Positions 1 through 13,087 of a stretch of 51,146 bases of DNA are shown piece after piece. The translations under genes and the position numbers were made by a program. The DNA is taken from contig NMRA01000207.1 in the NCBI GenBank assembly GCA_002633005.1, positions 646,634-697,779 on the forward strand, read 5' to 3'. Within the stretch, counting starts at the first letter, position 1. The number at the start of each line of letters is the position of its first letter. The DNA is from Phoronis australis. Its lineage: Eukaryota; Animalia; Phoronida. Under the pieces are notes generated by a model. That model was not told the origin of the DNA. It was given only the letters and a program-made list of their open reading frames with translations, and did not search any database.

Positions 1-343
1 CCCCCCCCCCTAATTCCGTTGTCATGAAAATACAACCTGGCTGGCCCATTCTCCGGTCGTTACCCTATGATGCTTGACAACTGACCGAGACGCGACAAAA
101 TATGATCTAATTTTTCGAAAACATTTATTTTACACGGACATATTTTGCTTCGTCGGCGTATGGCAACGACCCAACGCTTCCGAATCTAAACGTCTTTAGA
201 GATTGTGAAGCGTGTCCGTATTTTTTCTAGCCGTTCGGGGAACAACACGGACTGAAACACAGACTCCCATGCCGATAAGCTAACAGAGCTATCGTAGCGA
301 GCCTCGTTTTGGAACGCGCCTCCTGTCGGCGTGAATAGGGTCT
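1..343 (-). mobile_element. Terminal part of a non-autonomous TIR DNA transposon; inverted copy of 2652-2991
   Basis: Reverse complement aligns to 2652-2991 with indels; ends CGTGAATAGGGTCT followed by AT. Confidence 0.8.
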
Positions 344-415
344 ATGCGTAGCTGTCTGCAGGTAAACAGCTGGTAAAAAGATGGGTTGTTATCAAAATAC
401 GTCGTCGCGCAAAGC

Positions 416-1305
416 CTTATTATTGCTATTTCCCTGGTGCAAGTCTTCGACAGGTGGTCACAAATTACCAAAAACCTAAGGTTACTACATACGTGGAGCA
501 TTGCGGCCCAAAAGGGCCAACCAACTGACAAAAAGTGTGTGGATGCCGAAGCCTCTTTGGGAGACTACATAACGTTACTTGGTAAGTTTTTAGCAATCAA
601 GTTTCTATCGATATCGTTCGGTGATGCTATCCTCGCTAGTTACCCCACTGAATAACGGGTTTATTGAGTGGAACTAAGTGTTTCTTTTCGGAAACTCACC
701 CAGGACTGACGGATGCCGGGTAGGCTAGCAGCACATATTCACATATTGTCCTCCAGGGGTGGGCCGGAATGCGCCCAATTTAAGAGGTGTATGGTATATG
801 ACGCTCAGAAGTCAAGGGTTACTTTTTCAAAGCCGTTTCTCCTCAAAGCTATGCTATGTCCAATAAAATTCTCTAGATGAGTGAGTTTCCATATTTTATA
901 GCGGACCCCACCTCCAGGACTACCAGATTAGTCACCGAATTAACATGAATACTGAAGCTATTCAGTAAACGTCATAACATTGCATTGGAATAAAAATTCA
1001 CACCTAGAATGAATTTTACTTGTTGAGGGCAGATGCACATTTCAGGTGTCGTTAAAAATAAACATTATCAAATCACTTTAAGCCTGTTTCACATAGTTTA
1101 ATTCAGATCTTAAGGTTGACTTGGGTTAGTTTCTACATATAAACATGAAGATGAAACGTCAAGTATGTTCTGCCTTACTAAAGTAGATTTATCTTGTTTT
1201 CTTTTATAATTTTCTAATATTTCTCTGACTATTCTGTTACAGGTGAGAGAAAACGACTGAAACCAGCCGCCTGACCGTCTATTTTGCCTTTGGACAAAGT
1301 GAAAA
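416..1305 (+). pseudogene. Degenerate two-exon THAP-domain gene (transposon-derived)
   Basis: With frameshifts reads YCYFPG(C)KSSTGGHKLPKNLRLLHTWSIAAQKGQPTDKKC; G|gtaagt donor at 581/582 splices in phase to 1243, giving GERKRLKPAA*PSILP (THAP RLKxxAVPSI box). Confidence 0.6.
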
Positions 1306-2651
1306 GCAATCCATCAGCAATAACCTGAGAGAATTCAACCTAATTCAGAAATTCGGTCCTTGATATGCCTGATTATCGACTCCATAGCGTGGGAAAATTA
1401 CAATTGTTTTTAACAATGTTGTTTTTTATGTACTTTTCTTGCATTTGGAACTTTTGTTGTGGACAAGTTAACACAAAACTTAAAAGTGTTCAAAGGCCTT
1501 GTTAAGAAAGCTCTAAAAATAATTACACACACAAACAAATCAAAGTCAAACAAATGGAATTACTTTATTTTGAACACTGCACATTTCTAGAGGTCAACAA
1601 AAAATGACAATTCGCAAGCGTAATTGCTAATCATTTCAGCTTTATAAAGAATAAGCACAACTGCACTGTATGGGGCTTTAAAACTGAGGAAATATTGTGG
1701 TTTCAGTAATTAGTGACAAACTTGCCTGTTGATGAAAAATTTATTCGATCAACAAAGTGTAAGATTAATTGGCTTTCTACTGACAATAAGACATTCGATG
1801 CAGTCACTGAATGTCATGATTTCCCCATAATGTGTGCCAAATTGAAAAGTTTTTACTATTAGTATAAAGCGTTTCTTTTGAAAGGAAAAGTTAATGTCAC
1901 TCAGTGAGAAAGGACAGGTATTTATACCAGATGCTTTTGGTTTTCATTTCACAGAGATCTAGTTTCAATAGCCTATAGAAGCGCTTGTAAAAAAGATCCA
2001 CTTTCGGCACGTGGCTTCCCTCCTGAGGTAACCTCATTCAGCCTCAATTAGAATCTTGAAGGTAAACACAACCGCATATCACTTGACACGTTTTGTGCCC
2101 AAAATCTGACCCTGAACTAGACCAGAGTGTTACTACGTCTTCTTTAGCTTCAATGCAGCATGTTTCTTCCAGGACTTATTGCCTATGAAAGGGCATCCTC
2201 ACCAACGAGGCTAACTTGTGTAGCAGTCAGATATAGTTCCTCTTAATACACAAACAACACGTTGTATTATGGTAACTTCGTGCTGCGATTCACATTTCAC
2301 CAGGGTCACTGACATGTACGTTGCGCCATGCAGCACTAATGGTGTGTGGAAATGTTGCGGGAAGAGAAAGGAGTAACAAAGTTTGTTCGTTGTCTTCGAT
2401 GAAGAAAGTAGGCTTTAAAAACAGATCTACACTGGATGGGAAGATCTTGCTGGTTAGCTGCAGTCAAATGCTTAAAACCGCTTTTTGTCCAATCAGGGTC
2501 GATGCAGAAGCGATGCACATCTCCTCTGCACGGTACAAGCCCTCAAACCTAAAAACCACAGATTTTCATTTCAACGTGTAATAAATTTCCAGAAGACATA
2601 GGATAGGGAGTAAACAAATAATCTAATGTATATTCACGTACCCTTTGCCAT

Positions 2652-4418
2652 AGACCCTATTCACGCCGACAGGAGGCGCGTTCCAAAACGAGGCTCGCTA
2701 CGATAGCTCTGTTAGATTATCGGCATAGTTCTGTGTTTCAGACCGTGTTGTCACGGTTCCGCGAACGGCTAGAAAAAATACGGACACGCAACTGTCTGCT
2801 TCACAATCTAGCTCTAAAGACGTTGAGATTCGGAAGCGTTGGGTCGTTGCCGCGACGAAGCAAAATATGTCCGTGTAAAATTTATAAATGTTGTCGAAAA
2901 GTTAGATCATATTTTGTCGCATGGTCAGTAACGACCGGAGAATGGGCCAGCCAGGCTGTGTTTTCATGACTACGGATTTAGGGGGGGGGGGCATGGCCCC
3001 CCTAAAATTGTATCAGATCCCATTTTTGAGTTCGGGTGCGAATTGCTGACTAGCACACGTGCGCAACGGAGGGTGAATAAACAACGCATAGGCGCTGAAC
3101 GAACCCCGTTTACCAGGCGTTTTTTTTAGTCAACAGGTCCGCAAACCGAAGAATTCAAAATCCCTGCATCCCCAGAGTTTAGGCTGGGCGCGCACATCTG
3201 CCGAAATGCTGCTTATTCCTGTGCCCTGCCCCCCTAACTAAAAAACCTGGATCCGCCCCTGCGCCGGGCTACGGGTTGAAACATAATTTTTCTTTCCAAA
3301 AAGGACAGGGCCCTCAATCCCTCAAATTTGGGGCCCAATATCGGCCCTATTCCCCTCTCAAACATATTGAAATATCACGGAAAATTCCCCCCACGAGGCA
3401 TAAAAATTCCCCTAGTGAAAAATCTCTGAGTTCAAATCACCTGTAACCACACTGGTGACAATTTTTAAGAGCACAAAAGGCTACTTTAAATTGAGGCAGA
3501 GCCTATGAGAGCTTGCAACAGGGCGGGGGTGCTATTGATGGTGATCGGGAGGTAGATTGTTCCCGCCCTCACTCCGCGGCGAAAAAATCGCCTCTCAGTA
3601 GGCACTGGTACCGTTCCCCTCGGATGACAGAGGCTCCTGCAGAAACATGATAACTATGATTGCTGAGTTAACTGAAATTGAGTTCTAAAACGATGTTATG
3701 TTTTGGACGAACGAATTAGGTGTTTTAATTTTAAAATTCAACTTGGTCCAGATTGATATTTGAAATGTAACACATGAAATAGACGTAAGAATTATTACAA
3801 CCAAGAAAGCATTGATGGTCAAATAATTTTTATTTTCGATTACGAGCCGGGTTTTTTATTTTAATAAAAATATACTTAATAACATCAATTATTCTTTCAG
3901 ACCAATGACAAATCATTGAGTGCATAGGATCAGGCTATGCTTGATGTTAATATTCTTGATCAACAAATTACTGAAACCAGATGTGACTAGTTGCACATGA
4001 CAGACACCACTGTCGAATGTGTCTTCAACTCGTCAACTATACGAGCAGATGACCTGGTCCGCGTAGAAAGAATTTTGATCAACAATTTACAAGAAAAAAC
4101 GTAACCCTGCATTCAGCATAATACGTAATCCGTAACACTACGATCGCCGCAATTTGGACATATTTACTTTTCATGTTTCGAGCCTAGTTTTCCGAAACAA
4201 AATAAACCCTTTTCGTCAGACAACTCTTTGGCGCCTTAACTTGTTCTCTAATGTAATTTTCTACGTCTCTGTAATTAATTGTCGACACATCATTAAAATT
4301 TAATATCCAGGTTGGACTCGAAAGACCGGCTATATAACTCACGCAATGTCTACTTTCGCTTTGTTTATCGCAGTGAGCCTCGCTTTGGATCTTAATGGCC
4401 GCCGCGTGAATAGGGTCT
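2652..4418 (+). mobile_element. Non-autonomous TIR element with nested insertions (AT TSD, possibly ISL2EU/PIF-Harbinger-related)
   Basis: 15-bp TIRs AGACCCTATTCACGC / GCGTGAATAGGGTCT; flanks AT and GT; removal restores palindromic target GCCATGGC. Confidence 0.7.
2971..3260 (-). mobile_element. Nested, end-truncated copy of the GGCGGATCC poly-G/poly-C MITE family
   Basis: Ends CTGGATCCGCCCCTG; similar in reverse orientation to 9655-9892 and 4918-5059. Confidence 0.7.
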
Positions 4419-4917
4419 GTGGCATTGGGCTTGGATTGTAATCTCACTAACGAATATCCAGTTAAACATTCAGCATTCATTGATGTAACTGAAACTGATA
4501 AACCTGTTAGAAATCATTCCAAACAATAATACTGCTATGTACGAAAAGATCCCGAGTGACGTCAAGTATCGTAACACGCATTACAACAAACAAAGATTAA
4601 CCCGACTGGCAACTGCCGCGAAGTCGACATCGGCGAGTATCTCAGTTAACAGGCATCAGTAGAATAAACATGGAATAATCGTTAAAATAAACACAAACCT
4701 TACCTTTGTATAAGAACGTGCTTACTTTCTCTCATAGAAGCACCATTTTCACGCAATCTCAGATTCAGTTGGCACGCCTACAAGCCATTTCACCATGTAT
4801 TTAAAGGGCTCGCGAAATAGGGGCTATTAATCTATAACTACTAGTACATGCGCGCCCTCTAGTTATTGTAAATTTTCCGAATAGCCCCCTTGGTCCAATT
4901 ATGTTGCACATCCATCA

Positions 4918-5059
4918 CAGGAGCGTATTCAGGATTTTGAGTTAGGGGGGGATAGGGCAGACTAGCCAGGATTTTGCCCGTCAGACATTCGCATCCCCTG
5001 CCAAATGGAATCTGGGAGAATTTTAGGGGGGGCATGGCCCCCCTCTAAATCCACCACTG
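4918..5059 (+). mobile_element. CAG..CTG MITE with 5-bp TSD
   Basis: CAGGAGCG...CCACTG flanked by CATCA (4913-4917 and 5060-5064). Confidence 0.75.
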
Positions 5060-5676
5060 CATCATTATTAGTGAGAAGCATATGTTGTTACAATATTAAA
5101 CAAACCTTTTATTTTGTAAAAAGTCACATTCCTTGTCCAATTTTCAAAAACCTAATCACCTGTGGTTTTCACGACATTCAAAGATTAGGCTATTTATAAT
5201 TTCTCAAAACGAAAATTTAAAAATACTATTGTCGCCCCTAATACATTTATGATGGTGTCATTATCTAGATAACGATAACATCAGCAACCTGAGGTGAATA
5301 AATCAGCCACAACAGCTTTGGTATCTGTTATCTGAACTTGCAAATTCTGTGGTGTGTGCAACCCGGTCGCGGAGTCGTCCAAAACTCCACCGCGCCTAGG
5401 TTATCAACGTATCATTCTTTTTATGCATAACATCGTCTCTTCTGCTACCAGCTGCCAAGTGAAATGCTTAGAAAAATATAAACTAATACATTGTAGTGTG
5501 ATATTTAGTTTGGTTCACGGTTAGTTGTGAACTAAGTTGTTCCAGCTTATAGTGGAACAGACACCCGATTAGGAAATGACTTTCGTCTTCAATAACGTGT
5601 TAGTCATAAAGAGCGCGTAACCTAATTTTTCTAAGAATTCTCACGTTTCCTATTTTTATTCATACCTCTTGATTAG

Positions 5677-5913
5677 CAGTGGCAGATCTTCGTTTTCAGT
5701 AAGGGGGAGTTTAGGATTCGAGCGAATCCGAGGCGCGTAGCGCCGAGCGTAAGGAAGGTCGGGAGGAGGTTTCCCCCTATACCATGTAAGATTTTTTGTG
5801 GTTTTTAAAAGCTGATTTCGTTTTTCTGGCGAATTTTTTCAGTTTTTATTTTTGATCCCGTCCCGAGGGGGGAGGTTGAACCCCCTGAAACCCCCCCTGT
5901 AGATCCGCCTCTT
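5677..5913. mobile_element. CAG-terminal MITE with 5-bp TSD
   Basis: CAGTGGCAGATCT...AGATCCGCCTCTT flanked by ATTAG (5672-5676 and 5914-5918). Confidence 0.75.
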
Positions 5914-6808
5914 ATTAGGACATTCAAACCACGATAATACCGTTATTTGTAGTCAGTAACAAATTCAGTGTCATTTCCTCGCATCACTAGGCCTACAGTG
6001 TACTGTCCACCAATGTTTTAGTGAGTTCAGCAAGTATGACAACTAATTAAGATAAAGCGTCTCACACAGCTAACTAGACTTTATTTGTAACACTGCAAAA
6101 ACACGTCCAAACATATTTTCACAAACCGTACCGAGAGTGGCATACATAAAGTGATATCCCACGAGACATTATTCGTTGTATAAACCTACCCTCTGACACA
6201 GCGCCACCTATACTGCAAAGTGGCCCTGTGGAAACATGATGACCGACACACGGAATTCCGTGTGTGGGCATCAATGCGCATGCCTTGGTTTTACTTCCGA
6301 TGTAAACAAAATGGTTCACTGTGTGCGTGAAAAGGTAATGCCTTTGTACTGGGTATATTGCTTTGTGTTCTGTTGCACTGGAATAATAATCATTTTGATG
6401 GAGTGCATTTGGACTCATCCTGAATCTAATTTACTGATTTTAGACGTTTTATGTTCACGTTAGTTGTATAAAGTTAGAAATTGTGAACTTTCAATTCTAA
6501 GTCGTCATAGTTGGGTCTGGTAAGCGCCTGTGGTCAGTGTGGTGCCAAGCTGATTAGCCTTGCCTTTTTGTTTTTATTGTCTTCTGTCTTTACAGCCTTC
6601 ACTACAAATTCGCCAGAGTGTTTTTAGGTATTTGATGTGATCAATTCTTACTTTGTGTAATATCAGGTCAGATAGTGTTTGTGTGAGTCAGAGGTTGAAG
6701 ACTGTGCTTGTGTTTGATAAGTTGTTAAGATATAGTTCAAACTTTTCAGGTGATCAAGGCATGTCAAGTAGGCTAATACACCTGTGAAGACTCAGAGTCC
6801 ATCTTGCT

Positions 6809-9330
6809 GTGTCTGCAACTGTCCACTCACCAAAGGACATTTTTGTATTATTGAAACATTTAGCATTGTATAGTGGTGTCAATATTTTTGAGGGGATTAT
6901 CTGCATAAATTGTGAAAGACTCTTACAAACGATTCACACCAAAGTGACTCATTTCAAATCAAAATTAAACAAACTCATAAGTTGTGCAGACCCAAACGTT
7001 GTGCGGTGGAGAGCCCAACTCTACCCTCGGCCAGATCTGAAGTTAGAGGTGACCAGCGCAGAGAAACCCGTTGCAAACTTATTGAGCTCCAGCCAGCATC
7101 AGCTGTTCAAGAGGTACAGAAACGCGCACCAACTGATGAGAATATTTGCAGTGATTTAGCACTGAACACTTCTCGAAATCTACAAGTGCATCTTCGTCTG
7201 AAAAGAAGGTTGTTGAAAGAGCTTCTAGTATTTTGAAGTATGAAGAACTCAAATATGCCATTACAGAACAACGTATGAAGGAAAATGATACTATAGCAGA
7301 ATCCATAACTGGCTCAAAGCATGGATGTATTTCTCATTTGCAAGTAAGGAACAAAAACTCTTAGGACACGTTATTCCAGTTTGACTGGACCATCATTGTC
7401 AATGAGATGAAACTTAAATTTCCGGTGTTGTTCTCCCTTATTGTAGGGGTTATGTTAACTCCTGACAATAGGTCACGCGGAAAGAAGGTAGATAGCATAA
7501 TACCAAGAATTTCTGTTATAATGCCCTGTGCATGCAATCTAGAGGTCAGCCTCTTTGTCTGGTACCGCGAGTGATATCGTATGTCCTGTGAAGTAGCTTA
7601 GTGGAGGTTAAAATATGTCACGTTCATCTTGGCTTAAAACAACTTTATTTTAAAGTCAGTGTAAATTGTGACATTTTAGTACAATTAACAATACATGCCC
7701 ATTGCCAGAATAAAAAAATGTAGAAAATTTCAAACAACAAATACTAATTGATGCAAATCTGAAAAGTTTTCTTCAGCAACTTGTATTTCAGATAAACATA
7801 GCATCTCTTTTGATAAAGTTCTCTCTTTGGTCTATGTTTGTTAAACAGTGAACCAATGCATGAGCAGGTAATACATTAATACAATGCTACCTTGAAGGAA
7901 AGACATTTAAAGTTATTTTTGTTTTATTTTTTTAAGTTGTCACTGCTACTTAAGGTGTAACCAGCCAAAATTCTACTGCAGTCAAACCTTGTTAGAATGA
8001 ACCCGTTTCTAACGTTTACTCACTCATAACATTCTTTTCCTAAGTCCTAAGACAGCTATGCCACTTGGAAATTACTTTGGTTAAATTTAACTTCAGATAC
8101 AACAGGTTTTTTCAAAAGTGTTTAGAGGTTTTGTTATAACATGATTTTACTGTGTGTAAGTGCTTCACGGTATATTGTTGACTTTTCTCTATATGTAAGG
8201 GAATGTGCAAGTCAGGTGGTAGGAGTGTGCCTTCTACAGCTTAGTTTTCTGTTTCCAGTGTCAAGAGGTATGCTAATAAACCTCCTGGCATATCCTGTAA
8301 TGACTGTGACCTTTCGAACTTTAATTTATTGATGCTTCTTCTGACTTTCTACTTTGAGAGATGATTAATGTTCTCTAGCTATTTATCCGTCACTGGTGTG
8401 TGACTGCGCAAGCATTCTGGTGACTAATTATTCATTGGTGAATGTGCATGCTCAAAAACTTTGAAAACCTATAAGAAATGAAAAAATATTCAATGCATGG
8501 TAAAAATTCTCCAGTTTGGGACAATGAACTTTTAAATTATTTTAGCTCAGTGTCAGAGGTTGTACCATACAAAATTTTTAAAGTAGGCAATAAAGGGTTT
8601 ACCATTATGTTGTTGAACAGCTGATTCTACTTTCACTCTATGTTGACACAAAATGCATTGCGAAATTTAATATAAATATGATGGACAACACCAAAATAAA
8701 TCATTGTCTCTAACCATGAAAATTCAACTTTGGCTGGTCGTATTTTAGTGGCTGCCCCAAACTGGAGAATATATATACAGACTAAAAGTGGGTGGACCCT
8801 CAAGAAGAGGTCTCATTGCCGCACTCTCACTGCTTGTGATCCTTTTTTAGTGCCCGTGCCTGCACACATACACACTGGGATTGGAAATCAGCTTTTCCTA
8901 TAACATTGTTGTCTACAGCATACACTTTTGTTTGTTTAAATATCAAAATAACTTTTGTGGAAACTGGTGGTATATATTGTAGTGTACTTAAGTATGCCTG
9001 TTTTGATCATACTGCATTCGGATAAAATTCCGGTTCCATGATGAGATGCTGAACAAATAATTGCAGTTGACATGCTTAAAAAAATTACATCTAGCTCTGA
9101 GGAATATGCACATTTTTAGAAATTGCCATTTTGTCATGATTATTGCCTGTTATAATTAAATCTGAAGCTGTTGTTAACAGAGGGTACATTATGTAGTCAT
9201 AAAGAAACTGTTATTATTTAAAAAATGAAACTGTTATTATTTAAAAAATGAAACTGTTATTATTTAATCCTGATTGAAGTGTGCAAATTTTCCAGGTATT
9301 TGACCGTCTTTCTGCTATTGGTATAATTCT
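6809..9330 (+). pseudogene. Decayed transposase-like gene, N-terminal part (DUF6589/Academ-type by motif recall)
   Basis: ICINCERLL; LFQFDWTIIVNEMKLKFPVLFSLI; ALCMQSRGQPLCLVPRVISYVL*; further exon VFDRLSAIGI after the tttccag acceptor at 9296; stops and frameshifts present. Confidence 0.55.
9204..9266. repeat. 23-bp tandem repeat x~2.7
   Basis: GAAACTGTTATTATTTAAAAAAT unit. Confidence 0.9.
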
Positions 9331-9654
9331 TAATGTATCACTATGCTTAATTTGGTGCCAGGCATTTAACAATAATAAAGTGTTTCTGTTAAGAATTGTT
9401 TCTGCTCAGGCAAGTTGAATTTTAAAATTTTGCAGATCTGATGCTCTATGTTTCTTATCCTTGTCATCCCTGATTTTGTGGATTTTGTTAAATGGCTTTC
9501 GGATTCGGTATTGAAAAAATTGATGATCAATTGTGGGCCATGTTAGAGTTCGTGAGGCTTGATTTTAGCAAGTCTGATTGTTATCACCTAGCTCCTGCTT
9601 GCCCACTTGCCAAACCAGATCAAGGCTATGTTGGCCATTGTGATCGACTAATAG

Positions 9655-9892
9655 CAGGGGCGGATCCAGGATTTTGAGTTAGGCGGGGCCAGGGGATAAA
9701 CAGAATTTCGGCAGATTTTGTGTTTGAGGACCTGTTGACTAAAAAAAAAGAATGGGGTATGCATTGCCTAATCACCCCCGAGCCCCCCTGGTTGTGCGCA
9801 TGTGCAATTCGCATCAGAACTCCCAAATGGTATCTGTTAGAATTTTAGAGGGGCCATGACCCCCTTGCCCCCCGGCCCTAAATCCGCCACTG
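9655..9892 (+). mobile_element. CAG..CTG MITE with 5-bp TSD
   Basis: CAGGGGCGGAT...ATCCGCCACTG flanked by AATAG (9650-9654 and 9893-9897). Confidence 0.8.
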
Positions 9893-9976
9893 AATAGAGC
9901 CAAGTTACGTGACCTCATGTAATTATGAAAACAAAGTTTGTGTTCACCAGTTCACCTTCTTCAACAAAAGAAAGAA

Positions 9977-10200
9977 TTAGAGCTTCCCTATATATCTCTG
10001 TTGGGCCAGAATGGCATTCAGTGGACTGATTACTAGACGCACAGACTTCTCAAATTGTCCCCGGGCTGCAAGCAAGTCCGCGTAGATAGGCAGTACTTCC
10101 ATCATCCCGTCGGCGATATACTGACCACATCGCCACCACTGACACACACCTTTATACATCGGATTTGTTTCGGCTTAAGCCACTGTATCGGGGTTTTCTT
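9977..10200 (-). pseudogene. RecQ-like SF2 helicase N-terminal remnant
   Basis: LKPKQIRCIKVCVSGGDVVSISPTG (Q motif and start of Walker A, GKS lost), then a frameshift to EVLP...SVRLVISPLNAILAQQ (motif Ia). Confidence 0.75.
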
Positions 10201-11773
10201 GGTCTTATTCACTCCCACCACTGTCCGTTTTAATAAAATGCAACTACTAAAATCCGTGGTCGCCACACTTCGCAATTTGTAAACTGAAAGGGGTTTCCCA
10301 ACTTTCAACCAATGGGAATGGCTGAATGTTATGACGTCAGTTTCATTACTTTAACCAATGGGAGGCCATATTAAACAACATTCTACAGTGCTAACTTTCG
10401 TTTAGCACTGTGATAGAGTGTATGTATAAACCGAGACCGCGTTCGAACCGATTACACTGTACGTCATTGGTTGATTTTGACACCTCCACCTGCCGTCAAG
10501 TAAAACCTCTGAACTTGCTGTCATCGAGTGGAACTGCTCGATATAAATCGATACAAAATAGGTTGTTTGTTTGGGTGGCATTCTCCTTTAAGTCTCGTGG
10601 ACAGTACAAGCGCAACCAGTTCTGTGACCATGATTTTCAGTCGGTCATTTTTGAGACAACGAAGCCGCGATCAGAGTAACCTTACTCGGCAATATATTAC
10701 GAGATCTCTATAACAAATGGCGAAAACGACATTGCAGACAAAGCGAAACACAAGAAAATATGAGGTATAAAATAGACGTTATTTGCTAAAAATAATATAT
10801 TTACAATTTCTACACAATATATTACATAGTGCATATTCATCCTATGGCGACAAAACACAAAGTTTGCGCACGTTATCTGTGACCGGTTGCACGAAACCGT
10901 CCACTAGGGGCCTTGTCAAAGTTCCCAAAGCATCTACGCATCTGTTTTAATGTTAAATGTCATATTTCTATTACATTTTCTTTATTATGAGTTATTCTTT
11001 GACTAATGACATTTTCTAATAACTTCTTTTAAAACCAAGCCCTTGTTTCAACGCAAATACAGATGGACCTTTTCTTGTAACGCCCTTTATTTAAGACTAA
11101 GCCCCTTTATATATATCCATCAATACTGAGTATTCAATACAGAATTTGCTCTTGGGTGTACCGGAGCCAAAATGACATTAGCAGTGAACATAAGATAGTA
11201 TTAGAAAGATTAGCCAGTGTAAGCGCAAGTCTACCGGTGTGGTGAAAAGTTAAGGAACATTTAGTTGAATCCCTATTTGGGACTGTTTCCCGCAACTCAC
11301 GGGATCAAAAGACACAATTTCTTGGTAAAATTAAATAATATAAAATTGAATGATACCAAATAAATGAGTATAAAATGAGTTCCTCAAGAGAACCTCACCA
11401 TGACGTCCAATATGGAATGCAGAGCCTGGGATATGGAGGTATACAGCCAAGGAGAGGACATAACAGTGGTGACTGACGAAACAGATGACAATTGAAAATG
11501 CTCTACTTCAAGAGAAAATGCCACCAACACCGCCTCTAACATCTGTTATCATAAAGACTTCTTTTTTATTCACAAGACGTGTTCTCTCATGCCATCTACC
11601 GATGAAGCAGTACCACTCCCTGCCACCAGGTAGCAGCACATGTCAGTTCAAGTCACCATTCACAACAACCTGTCTATCCACGTACAACAGATTACACATG
11701 AAGCCAGCCCACACAGGATTTCTGAAGGCCCACAGATTTTTGATCCATTACAAACTTTCGGTGACACTAGATG

Positions 11774-11971
11774 CATAGGCGGATTTAGGGGGGGGGGGGG
11801 GGCAGGGCCCTTTGGCTGCCACAAGGAAAATGAAACAGCAACAGCGCCAAGCGTGAGGAAATAAATATTGAGTTAAGTAAATAGGACGAGTAGCGGCAGA
11901 ATCATGTTCCTGTTTTTTTACTTATTTTTTTAGTCCACAGCAGGTCAACTGGAACTTTCGGGCTGCCTATG
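11774..11971. mobile_element. MITE-like element
   Basis: CATAGGCGG + poly-G ... CTGCCTATG inverted termini; TSD unclear. Confidence 0.55.
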
Positions 11972-12860
11972 CAGATACAATAGCGCTTTACATCCCTGAG
12001 GCTACGTGTTGGGCCCCCTTATGGTCTCCTAGATCTGCCATCTCAGGGGCAGATCATGACACAGAACTGTACATTTTAAGAATTCCCAGGTAGCAAAAAG
12101 ATGAAACTCGTCAAGACAACTGAAAAGTTTTAAATTTAACAGACAGTTACATTTTAACTTAAAAACCAAAATGCAATAAATAGCCCACCCCCATGAGAAC
12201 CAACCCAGCAGCACAACTGGGGTGCACACAACCCAGCTATGCCATTGGAGGAGTGTTGTCAACCACCACACCCAATCAAACATTTCGCCAGTGTCACAGT
12301 GATACCAACAATCAGTGACTGGCAAAGTCACTAGGGACTTACATGTAAATGCATTCAATACTATGTAAGTGACAGGAGATTGACTAATCACTGTACATGT
12401 AAACCAGAAATAATGCCCTGCAACTTGGGAGTTTGTTTTCACTGAAAAAGGAATGTTTTCCTTATGCAACGTCTGTTATCCTGAGAAAAACCAACCAAAG
12501 GGAACTGTCAACTGAATCGTCTTGCTATCAATCATCTTATAGCAAACTTCCAAGTGAAAAATGCTGTGTGCACAGTCTCTGCAGGACCTTCATTCAGGAC
12601 TGTGGTACAGTAATCGTCAACTTAAATCGTATTCGCTATTGTGATGAGCATTTCAACAGCAAGAATAAGGATGTAAAAGCAAGACATGGTTACCTCATGT
12701 TCTGTTGCACCTACTCACCGTGTATATTGTTTGTACATGAATCACTGCCTCACAACTGAAACAGTTTGTACAGGCAAAAAGTGATAAAATCCACTTTAAT
12801 TTCTTTATACAACAATTTCTCCGAAGACTATGAAATCAATAGAAAAAAACCTCAACTTGA

Positions 12861-13087
12861 TTAGTCAATAGGTATGACATCACTTCCTGGTGAGTCATCA
12901 GGTGGGTGCCACAGATTGTATGGAGGTAGAGAGGGTGTCGTAGAATGATACGTGAATGACGGCAGAGGTGCAAACGATGTTGACCGATTGGTCACCAGAC
13001 TGTGACTAACCGAGACCGATGGGTCCAGAAAAGTCCTGAAGATGTCGTCAGTGTTTGATTCAAAATCCATGTTGAACATGTCGAGAT
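12861..13087 (-). CDS. PIAS: PIAS isoform B terminal exon
   Basis: ttgttttcag acceptor in phase 1; ends SDVIPID*, like the PIAS C-terminal SIM (vertebrate DIISLD*); candidate ATTAAA signal at 12795-12800. Confidence 0.85.

Larger units (their letters stand above)
6075..10385. mobile_element. Putative AcademH-like DNA transposon fossil (internally deleted)
   Basis: Convergent transposase-like (+) and RecQ-like helicase (-) remnants; TAGA..TCTA ends; flanks CACAGCTAAC / CAGTGCTAAC (8/10 match). Confidence 0.6.

Noticed and set aside
2100-2560. Minus-strand fragments (KPTFFIEDNEQTLLLL, VTLVKCESQHE, PFIGN) faintly like a Kolobok/Mutator-like transposase
   Set aside because: Too degenerate and the frames are inconsistent; needs an HMM search
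11400-12800. ORFs 11485-11778, 12029-12469 and 12433-12759
   Set aside because: No recognisable domains or splice chain; likely PIAS 3' flank or decayed repeats
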